From: Oscillospiraceae bacterium
GTDB lineage: Bacteria > Bacillota > Clostridia > Oscillospirales > UBA929
DNA length: 41,685 nt
Reading direction: 5' to 3'
Assembly: GCA_031271665.1 (NCBI GenBank)
Contig: JAISVI010000060.1
Location: 1 to 41,685, forward strand
The translations under genes and the position numbers were made by a program. Of the stretch, positions 1 to 8,354 are shown piece after piece. The notes under the pieces were generated by a model, which did not search any database, was not told the DNA's origin, and worked only from the letters and a program-made list of their open reading frames with translations. The number at the start of each line of letters is the position of its first letter. Positions within the stretch are counted from its first letter, which is position 1.

Positions 1-210
1 GACCTGATCGCGTTCGGTGAAGCCGGTCTTGCGGGGGAACTGCGGAGCGTCCCGTTTATCGAGCGAAGACTGTCGGAGGCGTACCGCCTCGGGTTCCATA
101 CGGCGGTCATCCCCGCGCAGGGGACGAAGAACATCGCCATACCCGACGGGATGCGGGTGTCTCGGGTCAAGGCGCTGAAAGAGGCGTGTGCCACGGCGTT
201 CAGGGGATGA
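1..210 (+). CDS. radA: DNA repair protein RadA/Sms, C-terminal end (5' part outside window)
   Basis: Frame 1 reads DLIAFGEAGLAGELRSVPFIERRLSEAYRLGFHTAVIP...*, matching the RadA Lon-like C-terminal motif (FGE.GL.GE.R.V...RL.EA...GF). Stop TGA at 208-210. Not in the ORF track. Confidence 0.9.
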   Translation, partial: DLIAFGEAGLAGELRSVPFIERRLSEAYRLGFHTAVIPAQGTKNIAIPDGMRVSRVKALKEACATAFRG

Positions 211-216
211 GGGTGC

Positions 217-540
217 TCAATTTTGATTGTTTAGAAAAGCAAGCAACCGATGCTTGTCATTCTCTGTAAGGGTTCCGATTGGGGTGTTGTTTTTGAAGGT
301 TGCCATTGACAGGGTAATCAATGTACCGGTGTCAATGTAGGATTGCATGTCAAGCCCAGCTTGCTTCCAATCGTTAATCGTAAAATATTGAGAACGTATT
401 GCTTCGCTTTTTCCTTCATACTTCGATGTAATTTGGTATATATCTACTGTGTTATCACCGAGAATAAACGCTAAAACGGGGCGGTTTTTACCGCCGCCGT
501 CCCATGATATATATGCAATAAAAATATCGAAGGGCTTCAT
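217..540 (-). CDS. PemK/MazF-like toxin
   Basis: MKPFDIFIAYISWDGGGKNRPVL...ITS...DWKQAGLDMQSYID matches the PemK/MazF K.RP.L and ITS pattern. ATG overlaps the upstream stop (TGATG). AT-rich. Confidence 0.7.
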   Translation of the reverse strand: MKPFDIFIAYISWDGGGKNRPVLAFILGDNTVDIYQITSKYEGKSEAIRSQYFTINDWKQAGLDMQSYIDTGTLITLSMATFKNNTPIGTLTENDKHRLLAFLNNQN

Positions 541-845
541 CAGCCGTTTACCGCCCAATTATAAATATCCGGGTGTTTTTCCTTATCGATAATCACATTG
601 CCGTTCTCATCGGAGGGAAGTGTGACGCGTTTTGGGTTACGCCTTAAAGCCGCCGCCACAATTTGTTCGTCTAATGACAGAGCCACAGCAGGTTGAAACG
701 GTAACCGGCGCTCCGCTATGATTTGCCGGTAAAACATATTGATTGCTGTTGTCTGGTCTAGACCCATACGCGCCAATAGCTGTGACGCCATTTCTTTAAC
801 GTCGGGATCAATTTTAATATTTACATTTGCTTTTGCGGCTTCCAT
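540..845 (-). CDS. RelB/DinJ-family antitoxin
   Basis: NVNIKIDPDVKEMASQLLARMGLDQTTAINMFYRQIIAERRLPF is a typical RelB/DinJ ribbon-helix-helix sequence. Start at ATG 845 (alternative GTG 854). Confidence 0.85.
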   Translation of the reverse strand: MEAAKANVNIKIDPDVKEMASQLLARMGLDQTTAINMFYRQIIAERRLPFQPAVALSLDEQIVAAALRRNPKRVTLPSDENGNVIIDKEKHPDIYNWAVNG

Positions 846-863
846 TTTGATCACCCCAACAAT

Positions 864-892
864 AATGTAACATATTATAACGATATTGTCAA
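864..892 (-). promoter_or_regulatory. Putative sigma-A promoter of the TA operon
   Basis: Minus strand TTGACA-N17-TACATT. An imperfect palindrome (ATGTAACAT) overlaps the -10, as expected for an autorepression operator. Confidence 0.55.
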
Positions 893-1539
893 CACGTTGG
901 ATTGAAATTCCGATGCGTTACCCGTGCTCGCAGCGCCGCCGCTTCCGCCGCGAGGCGTTCAATCGCCGCAAAGTCCCCCGCGTCGATCAGCGATTCGGGC
1001 GCCATCCAGCTGCCGCCTACCGCCAGCACCTGCGGGATCTTCCAATACTCTTCCGCGTTCCGCGCGTCGATGCCGCCGGTCGGGACGAACCGCACACCGC
1101 CGAACGGGGCGGCGAGCGCTTTGACGGTAGCCGCGCCGCCGTAATTGGCGGCGGGGAAGAACTTAACCGCCGTCAGCCCCAGATTGAGCGCCGCGCAAAT
1201 TTCGGAGGGTGTCACAACACCGGGGATTACCGGCAACCGGTACGCCTGCGCTTGCCGCACAATCCCGGCGTCCAGGCCGGGGGAGACGATGAAGCGCGCG
1301 CCCGCGTCTTTCGCGTCTTTGAGCTGCTCTTGCGTCAGCACGGTGCCCGCGCCGACCAGCATGTCGGGAACCTCTTTTGCAATCGCCGCAATCGCGTCCG
1401 GCGCGGCGGCAGTGCGGAAGGTGATCTCGACGACGCCGACGCCGCCGTTTTTGAGCGCGAGCGCCAGCGGCGCCGCTTTCGCGGCGTCTTTGATTTTGAT
1501 GACCGGTACAATGCCGCAGCGTTCGATTTGTGTGAACAC
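889..1539 (-). CDS. eda: KDPG/KHG aldolase
   Basis: GGVGVVEITFRT, VGAGTVLT, FIVSPG, VKFFPA and FVPTGG motifs; 216 aa. Confidence 0.93.
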   Translation of the reverse strand: MFTQIERCGIVPVIKIKDAAKAAPLALALKNGGVGVVEITFRTAAAPDAIAAIAKEVPDMLVGAGTVLTQEQLKDAKDAGARFIVSPGLDAGIVRQAQAYRLPVIPGVVTPSEICAALNLGLTAVKFFPAANYGGAATVKALAAPFGGVRFVPTGGIDARNAEEYWKIPQVLAVGGSWMAPESLIDAGDFAAIERLAAEAAALRARVTHRNFNPTC

Positions 1540-2262
1540 TTACTTTGCCTCCGCCGCCTTCAGATCGTTGATGGCGTCGTCGGCCGCGTCTTTTTGAACG
1601 CGTGTGCTGTTGACATCCACCTTTACCTTATACAGGAAATCCCGCGCGGTACGCAAGTCCCCGATTTTTACGCTGAGCATCCCTGCCCGCAAGCAAAGCG
1701 ACGGGTTTTTCTGCGGCGGGATACGGACTGTTTGGAACGCGGTTATGTATGTCTTCTGCGCTTCGGCGGCGGCGTACTGCTCCATCTCGCGGTCTTCCGC
1801 GTCGGCGTAGATGTTGCTCAGTTTCAGCCATAAGCCGGCTTCCACAAGCGCGTGATCGGAAAACCCCACCGCGGCGCATTGCAGGGCAAGGTAATACCGC
1901 TCGAACACCGCGTCGCTGTTTGGGGTTTCGAGCCACGGCGAAAGCGACGGCAGAAACGGCGCGAGCCGTTCCAGAATCATTTTCCGGTGGGAGAAGATGA
2001 TCTTGTCGAACAGAATCGTCTGCGCCGAATAAAAACACTTCGGGCAGGTGGTAATCTCGTAATACAATGGTTCTACATCCTTAAACGCCGTCCGCAATTC
2101 GCCGATCCGCAGCGGAATCAGCTTGACGTCGCGTATTTTGAGCGCTTTGAAATCGGCTTTGCAGACGGGGCATTGGAACGCCCCCACAGACATATAGGCT
2201 TTGTCTTCTTTCATCGGAAGCCGGTAGCCGCCCTTGTGGCCGTCCGGGTACAGATTCGACAT
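1540..2262 (-). CDS. DUF2225-family Zn-binding/TPR-like protein
   Basis: CPVC...EPLYYEITTCPKCFYS followed by a helical TPR-like C-terminus. Start taken at MSNLYP. Confidence 0.7.
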   Translation of the reverse strand: MSNLYPDGHKGGYRLPMKEDKAYMSVGAFQCPVCKADFKALKIRDVKLIPLRIGELRTAFKDVEPLYYEITTCPKCFYSAQTILFDKIIFSHRKMILERLAPFLPSLSPWLETPNSDAVFERYYLALQCAAVGFSDHALVEAGLWLKLSNIYADAEDREMEQYAAAEAQKTYITAFQTVRIPPQKNPSLCLRAGMLSVKIGDLRTARDFLYKVKVDVNSTRVQKDAADDAINDLKAAEAK

Positions 2263-2311
2263 CGGTTCGCCCGCTTTCCTTTGTTTTTCGTTGTCCGGTT
2301 TATTATCGAAG

Positions 2312-2467
2312 TGTTGAAAATTGCGTGTTGACCTGAAAGGTGAACGAGCGCGGCGCTTGCGAGCAGGCACCTATGGCGCGGTATCGCAAAAGCGCCTGCT
2401 GCGAAGAGCGAGCTTGCTCGCTTGACAGCCGCGAAGCGGTAAAGCCGGAGCGGGCAATTTTTCAACA
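2312..2467. repeat. MITE-like structured element, copy 1
   Basis: Terminal inverted repeats TGTTGAAAATTGC / GCAATTTTTCAACA, internal hairpins, and a core shared with the element at 3926-4024. Confidence 0.65.
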
Positions 2468-2472
2468 TGCCC

Positions 2473-2501
2473 ATTATACCTTTTTTTTACGGGTCTGTAA
2501 A
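2473..2501 (-). promoter_or_regulatory. Putative sigma-A promoter for DUF2225-eda
   Basis: Minus strand TTTACA-N17-TATAAT; the spacer contains an A8 tract. Confidence 0.6.
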
Positions 2502-2614
2502 GCCAGCATTTACAAAATCGTAAAAAATGCTTCATGGCGAAGACATAATTACCGCTTATTATGGAACCATAGAATCGCCGGGTTAAAGCTGGCAAGAGAA
2601 AGGACGGTTCAATC

Positions 2615-3865
2615 ATGGAACCTAATCAGCACTTCGAGTTTCAAATTGAGCGGCCTGCCGCTCCCGCAGCGAAGAGGCGCCGGTTTATGCCGATGTACAT
2701 CGCGCTCTTTCTGGCGTTTACCCTGCTTGTTGGCGGCGCGGGCGGCGCAGTCGGCTACTACATGAGCGAAAACGGCGAACCGGAGCCTTTGCAGCAGCAA
2801 CAACCTGACAACACCGATCCTGCCAATACCGGGAAAACGCCGGACAAGACGGCGGTTCCTGCGGCGGCTCTGCCTTCGGCGCAAGGCGGGAGCGCACTGA
2901 GTATCCAAGAGATATTCGAATTCGGCGACCGCTCCACCGTGGCCATCTCGACGATGACCGACAGCGTCAACGTTTTCGGGCAGCCGGTTTCGCAGGCGTC
3001 GGCCGGTTCGGGATTTGTGCTGACGGCGGACGGGTATATCTTAACAAACCATCACGTGATTGACGGCGCTTCCGACATCGCCGTATTGCTGTACGACGGA
3101 TCGGAATACCCCGCCGAAATCATCGGCGGCGACATGAAAACCGACATTGCCGTGCTCAAGATAGACGCGGAGGGCTTAATTCCGGTGCAGATCGGCGACT
3201 CCGACAGCTTAAAGGTCGGCGATCAGGTCGTGGGGATCGGCAATCCGCTGGGGGAACTGGCGAACTCGCTCACCGTCGGACACCTGAGCGCGAAAAAACG
3301 CATCATCTCGATTGACGACACCCCGCGTCAGATGCTCCAGATTGTCGCGTCGGTTTCGCCGGGCAACTCCGGCGGTCCGCTGTTCAACATCAGCGGGCAG
3401 GTCATCGGCGTGGTGTCGGCGAAGACGGTGGCGGACGGCGTAGAGGGGATCGGGTTCGCCATCCCGATCAATCTTGCGGCCGACATCGCAAACGAATTGA
3501 TTCAGAACGGCAAAGTTACAGGCCGTCCGCTATTGGGGATTTCCTACCAAGAACTGGCCGTTTTGGATAACGCGGACGATTATCCGAAGGGCGTGTATGT
3601 AGCGCAGGTAAACCCCGGCAGCGCCGCGGAGACAGCGGGTCTCAAAGATGGCGACGTGATTACCGCTTTTGAAGGCGAACGCATCACTTCCGGTTCCGGG
3701 CTGCTGATCGCGAAAGATTTATGCCGCGTAGGCGACACGGTCACGGTCACAGTCTGGCGGAGCGGGCAGGAGATCGACCTTTTGGTGACCTTTACCGAGG
3801 AAGCCGAGGAGGTAACAGAACAGCCAACCAACCAGAATCCGTATTTCAACCCTTGGGGAAGATAA
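2615..3865 (+). CDS. htrA: HtrA/DegP-family serine protease (TM, trypsin domain, one PDZ)
   Basis: GSGFV, TNHHVI, DIAVLKI and SPGNSGGPL catalytic motifs; N-terminal TM segment; C-terminal PDZ. Confidence 0.93.
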   Translation: MEPNQHFEFQIERPAAPAAKRRRFMPMYIALFLAFTLLVGGAGGAVGYYMSENGEPEPLQQQQPDNTDPANTGKTPDKTAVPAAALPSAQGGSALSIQEIFEFGDRSTVAISTMTDSVNVFGQPVSQASAGSGFVLTADGYILTNHHVIDGASDIAVLLYDGSEYPAEIIGGDMKTDIAVLKIDAEGLIPVQIGDSDSLKVGDQVVGIGNPLGELANSLTVGHLSAKKRIISIDDTPRQMLQIVASVSPGNSGGPLFNISGQVIGVVSAKTVADGVEGIGFAIPINLAADIANELIQNGKVTGRPLLGISYQELAVLDNADDYPKGVYVAQVNPGSAAETAGLKDGDVITAFEGERITSGSGLLIAKDLCRVGDTVTVTVWRSGQEIDLLVTFTEEAEEVTEQPTNQNPYFNPWGR

Positions 3866-3925
3866 TTGGGGAGGTTGCAGACAAAGCCGTTTTGCTCCGA
3901 GCGAAGCGGATTGTCAAATGAGAAG

Positions 3926-4024
3926 CTCTAAAAACCTCATGTTCGCCGTTAGGCGAACGAGCGGAGCGCTTGCGAACAGGCGCTTTAGCGCGGCATCGCA
4001 AGCCGGAGCGGGAGGTTTTTAGAG
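3926..4024. repeat. MITE-like structured element, copy 2
   Basis: Perfect 13-bp terminal IR CTCTAAAAACCTC / GAGGTTTTTAGAG. Core matches copy 1 at 40 of 48 aligned columns, plus shared AAGCCGGAGCGGG. Confidence 0.65.
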
Positions 4025-4119
4025 TGCCATAAGTGAGGAAACTGGAGCAAAATCACAGTTTTGTGAAGTTTTACGAACTTGCCGGGCAAAACGGCGCATG
4101 GCTGCGCTACTACGTGTCT

Positions 4120-4872
4120 TCAGCCGGGCATCTGCCTGCCCGCGCTGTCAACGCTGTACTCGCCATAATGAAGCATTTCGCTTACCGCGCACAAATCAAA
4201 GCCGTCGCGCTGAAGGGTCTGGATAACGCCCGGAAGCGCGGCGGCTGTGTGCGTTGCGCCAAGGTTGAACAGAATTATGGAACCCGGCCCGGTTTCCTTA
4301 ATGACGCGCTTTTGAATGTCCGCCGCATCCGCGCCCTTCCAGTCAAGGCTGTCCACATCCCACTGAATCGCGGTCATTCCGGCGCTGTTCACGGCCGTGA
4401 TGACTTTGTCGTCATATTCGCCGTACGGGATACGGAAAAGCGCCGGGGTGACGCCGGTCGCGGCGGCTATCGCCTCGCCGGCGCGGCGCACGTCGGACTC
4501 TATTTCACTTGAACTCATTCTTGTCATATGCGCGTGGGCGTCCGAATGGCTCATGACCTCGTGTCCCGCCTGGGCAAGGGCGCTTGCGGAATCGGGGTAC
4601 GCGCGCGCCCATTCGCCGGTGACAAAGAACGTGGCGCGTACGCCATGCCGCGCCAGAACGTCGATAATAACCTCGACATCCGCGCTGTTTTCCGAAACGT
4701 CAAAGGTAAGCGCGGCGGTGTTATACTCCCGGCTTACGCTCATAACGGGCATAAGCCGGGCGGCGGGCGCGCCGAATAGGCCGGGGCTTATCCAATAGGC
4801 AAGCCCCGTGCCGATGCCCACCGCAAGCAAAAGAAGAATAAGCACACGCAGACGCACAAATATCACCTTCAT
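4120..4872 (-). CDS. Polysaccharide deacetylase (CE4), sporulation PdaB-like
   Basis: ALTFD, ATFFVTG, HSDAH, FRIPYG and WDVDSLDW motifs; N-terminal TM; GGAGG RBS. Confidence 0.85.
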   Translation of the reverse strand: MKVIFVRLRVLILLLLAVGIGTGLAYWISPGLFGAPAARLMPVMSVSREYNTAALTFDVSENSADVEVIIDVLARHGVRATFFVTGEWARAYPDSASALAQAGHEVMSHSDAHAHMTRMSSSEIESDVRRAGEAIAAATGVTPALFRIPYGEYDDKVITAVNSAGMTAIQWDVDSLDWKGADAADIQKRVIKETGPGSIILFNLGATHTAAALPGVIQTLQRDGFDLCAVSEMLHYGEYSVDSAGRQMPG

Positions 4873-4890
4873 AATACACACCTCCCGGAC

Positions 4891-4925
4891 ATGTATATGC
4901 GGACATGACGCAAGTCATGTCCGCA
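4891..4925 (-). promoter_or_regulatory. 12-bp hairpin overlapping a possible sigma-E-type promoter of the deacetylase
   Basis: TGCGGACATGAC-GCAA-GTCATGTCCGCA perfect stem. The minus strand reads ACATGAC-N14-CATATACAT, sigma-E-like spacing with a weak -35. Confidence 0.4.
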
Positions 4926-4939
4926 CAGGCACGTATGTT

Positions 4940-6688
4940 TTAAACGGCGGGTAAAACCGGCGGCGCGGCAGAGAGGCTCTTTTCCTCAAGCTGCGCCTTC
5001 GTGGCGGCCGCGCCGGGGTAGTGAAGCAGTTCAAGCTTGTGCCAGTACAGTATAAGCGTTTCCGGCAGAGCCGGGTCGCCGAAGGCCCCGGACTGGAAGT
5101 TGCGGGTCGTCTCGCGCCAAAGCGCCTCGCGGTTTTGGGCAAGCGGGGCGGAGATGTCGGTGGAAAAAAGGAAGTCGTCGTTCCAGTACCATTTGCCGTT
5201 CTCGTCCCGCGCAAGGAAGTCATAGCGGCTGAACTCCCTGTAGACGCGCCCGCCGCCCGCGCCGGAGCTTACAACGGGCGTATGCTCATCGGCATAGGCA
5301 AGTTTGAATTTAAACATAAGCTCGAAAAGCGCGGCGTACGCGGCGTTCTTCATAACTCGCTTGGACTCGAACCTGCCCGCGGACTGCGCGGCGGCGAACT
5401 CCTTGGCCGCGCCGCTTGTGGCGGTGGGGTCGCGGCGGCCAAGGAACGAGTCGGTGATGCCGATTGCCTGCCGCGCCTCTTCATAGACATGGTTTTGATA
5501 GGTAAGGTCGCCGGAGATATTGGGTTGGACGTTCACAACGTCTATCATCTGCTTCTGGGCGGGGTTATCAAGGTAAATTATCTTCAGCTCGCCGTCGGTC
5601 TTGTCAACGCTTACCCCGGCGGGCAGGGTGACGTAACTGCCGCCCTTCAGAAGCTTTTCTCCGATTTTGGTGGAAAGCTTTTTCACGGTGTTCTGCTGGT
5701 CGCGTATCTTGTCCGCGTCCGAATCGCCCAAAAGCTTCCCGTAAGAGGAGACGTTCTTGCGGATAATTATCGGATAGCGTCCGGGCTTATAGTACGGTAT
5801 AAGCGTCGGAATGCCGTTTTCAACGGCCGGAATGACGCTTGCGTCACTGCGCACAATGTCGCGCCGAAGCATTTCGTATTCGTCCTCGCGGGACGAAAAT
5901 TTCTCCCCTCCGCAGTTTTCGCACACGCCGTACCCCGGCGCGCCGCAACTTTCACAGGTATAGCTCTGCCGCGCCTGATAGTCCTCCATGTCGCAAAGCA
6001 CCGTGTCGCCCGCCCAAGAGAAAAGGCCGACGCCGCCGCCTTCGCCGCGGTAATAGGCAAAGCACTGGGTCACAAGCTCGCTTTCCGCGTCTGCGGCGTC
6101 ATCCCACCCGTTATTCCCGTCCGCTCCGTCAACTTTTTTGCCGTATCTGCGGTAGATTGACTGGCGGGTCTGGGGCAGGGTGAAGATAAAATAGTCCATG
6201 CTCTCCACGCCCTCGGTAACGCCGGGCTGGGGAAGAATCCTGCTTGGGTGCAGAAGCCTTACGGAAAGCTTACCCGCGGACTCCTTCCCGCCGCTTCCCG
6301 CGGGTTTGCTGTCCCACTCGCAAAGGAACAGCCCCGCGCCCTGGATAAGCGCCGTGCGCTCCTGCATATCGTTCATGGTTTCAAAGTCCATGCGGTCAAG
6401 CTCGTTGCGAAGCATGTCCTCGATAAGCGCGGCAAGACCCTCGTCCTGCTTCCTGCGCGCCGTGACTTTGGGCTGCGGAACGGCGCTGTCAATTTGCGCG
6501 TCGATAAGCTCGGCGATTATATTGCGCACATGGGTGGCGGATTTCGCGCGTCCGCGCCCGTCCGCCGCCGTGATGGCGCTTTCCCCGGCATACAACCTCT
6601 CGCGCTCGTCCATAAGCGCAAGTTCGCCCGCGAAGGCCGCCTCGGCCTTCGCGTACCTCTCGCGCCAAAGCTCTAATTTTGCGTTCAT
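4940..6688 (-). CDS. Phage portal protein (P22-like/podoviral type) with Zn-ribbon insertion
   Basis: Directly downstream of terL; 582 aa. RNIIAELIDAQIDSAVPQPKV...GAGLFLCEWD and LGRRDPTATSGAAKEFAAAQ resemble portal motifs. Contains CESC...CENC. Confidence 0.75.
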   Translation of the reverse strand: MNAKLELWRERYAKAEAAFAGELALMDERERLYAGESAITAADGRGRAKSATHVRNIIAELIDAQIDSAVPQPKVTARRKQDEGLAALIEDMLRNELDRMDFETMNDMQERTALIQGAGLFLCEWDSKPAGSGGKESAGKLSVRLLHPSRILPQPGVTEGVESMDYFIFTLPQTRQSIYRRYGKKVDGADGNNGWDDAADAESELVTQCFAYYRGEGGGVGLFSWAGDTVLCDMEDYQARQSYTCESCGAPGYGVCENCGGEKFSSREDEYEMLRRDIVRSDASVIPAVENGIPTLIPYYKPGRYPIIIRKNVSSYGKLLGDSDADKIRDQQNTVKKLSTKIGEKLLKGGSYVTLPAGVSVDKTDGELKIIYLDNPAQKQMIDVVNVQPNISGDLTYQNHVYEEARQAIGITDSFLGRRDPTATSGAAKEFAAAQSAGRFESKRVMKNAAYAALFELMFKFKLAYADEHTPVVSSGAGGGRVYREFSRYDFLARDENGKWYWNDDFLFSTDISAPLAQNREALWRETTRNFQSGAFGDPALPETLILYWHKLELLHYPGAAATKAQLEEKSLSAAPPVLPAV

Positions 6689-6722
6689 TTTGTCTCTCCT
6701 TTGATTTTATTCGCAGGGGCGC

Positions 6723-8210
6723 TCAAGCGCCTGCATGCCCCCATTTGGCGCTTAGGTACGCCTTCCCCTCCGCGCTGGCGCGGCGGTAGTCCTCCCACAT
6801 GTCCTCGGTCCAAAGCCTGCGCGCCTCGGGGGGCGGCTCGACGCTCATGCGCATCTGCGGGCGTATGTAATGCGCTATGGCAAGCGCCATTACGCAGTCG
6901 TCGTGCGCGCCGCGCTCGGCTTCCGGGCGCAGGTTCTCGTTTCGCACAAAGGTAAGCATTTCAAGAAGCGTTGTCTCATCCTGAACAAGCGCCATATCCT
7001 CCCGCAGGGCGGCGATAAGCCCCGACAGCATAACGGGGCGCGTAAGCGAGGTTGTGCGCACGCCATAGCTGTTTTTCGCGCGGCGGGTGATGCTGTCCTC
7101 CTCTTCGCGCACGTAAAGCCTTGGATAGCCAAGGCGCTCGAGTTCCCGTATGGGGTACGTCGAAAAATTCGTCTCCACACCGATAAGGGCGTTATTGTAA
7201 AACCGCCCCAGCGCGTCAAGCTGTCCGGCGAAAACATCCTCGTCAAAGCGGTGTCGCAGGACGGCGACCTGACTTCCCGTGACATTGTCAATCACCTGAC
7301 CCACAAAGCAGTCCGAGCCGCCGCCCGCCGTGTCGCCGCCGATGACATACGGCCTTCCCGGCTGCGGCGGGACGTATATCTTTATAAAGCCGTCCGCGTC
7401 GTCCGTAAACTCCGCGCCTCGCGCCCTTTCGCCGCGCAAGGCGAACATCCCGGTTCTAAGGGGGCGAATGCCAAGGGCAAGCCGCGCGCGTACGCTTTTT
7501 GCGTTAAACACGCTTTTCCCCGCGCAGCCCCACTGGCCAAGGCAGTATACGTCATAGTAATATTCGTCCGTTTCCTTAAAACCCTCCAGAACGCGCTTAT
7601 ACTCCGCGTCAAGGAAACGGTTGTCCCTATAGGTGCTGTGGTGAAGCCTTGTATTTGGGCGCTTAATGTCAAAGAACCGCTTTTTAAGCCAGTGGGTGAC
7701 AGAAACGGGGTTAAAGCTTAGGATAATCTGCTTATAGTAAACGGTCTTGCCGCGAAGGCGCAGGTCAAGCTGGTCAAAGTCGCCTTCGCAGAGTTCGCTT
7801 GCCTCTTCTATCCATATCCCGGTAATATTATAGACGCTTTTAAGCTTCTCCGCGTCGTCAAGCCCGGCAAACAGTATTTCCGAACCGTTCTTAAACGATA
7901 TTCTCATATCGCCGCTTCTTATCTGAGAAACCTTTCCGGGGTAGTGAAGGGACGCCTGCTCGCAAAGCTGTTTGAAACAGCTTTCGCGCAGGGTGCGCGC
8001 GACCTTGCGGCACACAAGAAGCCGATGCCCCTTCTCAAGCGCGGCCCGTTCAAGAATCTTGCGCCCCGCGAAAACGCTTTTGCCCGAGCCGCCGCCGCCC
8101 ATAAGCACAAGATAGCGCGACTCGTCAAAGAAAAGCGGCATAAATGAAGGGTTTGTGGTTTCGCGCAGCCGCCTGTACCACCCCGCCACACGCCCGATCT
8201 TGCTTTGCAT
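6723..8210 (-). CDS. Phage terminase large subunit (PBSX-family)
   Basis: Walker A GGGGSGKS, Walker B IWIEEASE, SFNP coupling motif, nuclease motifs IGGDTAGGGSD and HDDCVMALA; AAAGGAGG RBS. Confidence 0.92.
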   Translation of the reverse strand: MQSKIGRVAGWYRRLRETTNPSFMPLFFDESRYLVLMGGGGSGKSVFAGRKILERAALEKGHRLLVCRKVARTLRESCFKQLCEQASLHYPGKVSQIRSGDMRISFKNGSEILFAGLDDAEKLKSVYNITGIWIEEASELCEGDFDQLDLRLRGKTVYYKQIILSFNPVSVTHWLKKRFFDIKRPNTRLHHSTYRDNRFLDAEYKRVLEGFKETDEYYYDVYCLGQWGCAGKSVFNAKSVRARLALGIRPLRTGMFALRGERARGAEFTDDADGFIKIYVPPQPGRPYVIGGDTAGGGSDCFVGQVIDNVTGSQVAVLRHRFDEDVFAGQLDALGRFYNNALIGVETNFSTYPIRELERLGYPRLYVREEEDSITRRAKNSYGVRTTSLTRPVMLSGLIAALREDMALVQDETTLLEMLTFVRNENLRPEAERGAHDDCVMALAIAHYIRPQMRMSVEPPPEARRLWTEDMWEDYRRASAEGKAYLSAKWGHAGA

Positions 8211-8223
8211 AAAAACCTCCTTT

Positions 8224-8354
8224 TGATAATTGACAATGAACAATTGACAATTATTAGTATTCGGGGCTTTGAGAAATGTTTGATTCCGAGTTCAATCTTG
8301 AAACTAGTCCTAATTGTCAATTGTCAATTGTTAATTGTTAATTGTTAATTGTCA
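8224..8354. repeat. Heptamer tandem repeats (TGACAAT/ATTGTYA) in two inverted arms
   Basis: Four TGAYAAT/GAACAAT units at 8224-8251 and six ATTGTCA/ATTGTTA units at 8313-8354. Confidence 0.9.

Noticed and set aside
886-1833. Long antisense ORFs (also 5021-6160, 6870-7721, 22555-23364, 30955-32163 and others)
   Set aside because: They are shadows of well-supported genes in GC-rich DNA, with Arg/Ala-rich composition and no motifs.
8224-8354. Heptamer arrays, or the repeats at 14160-14206 and 24827-24881, as CRISPR arrays
   Set aside because: Units are tandem without unique spacers of regular length, and there are no cas genes.
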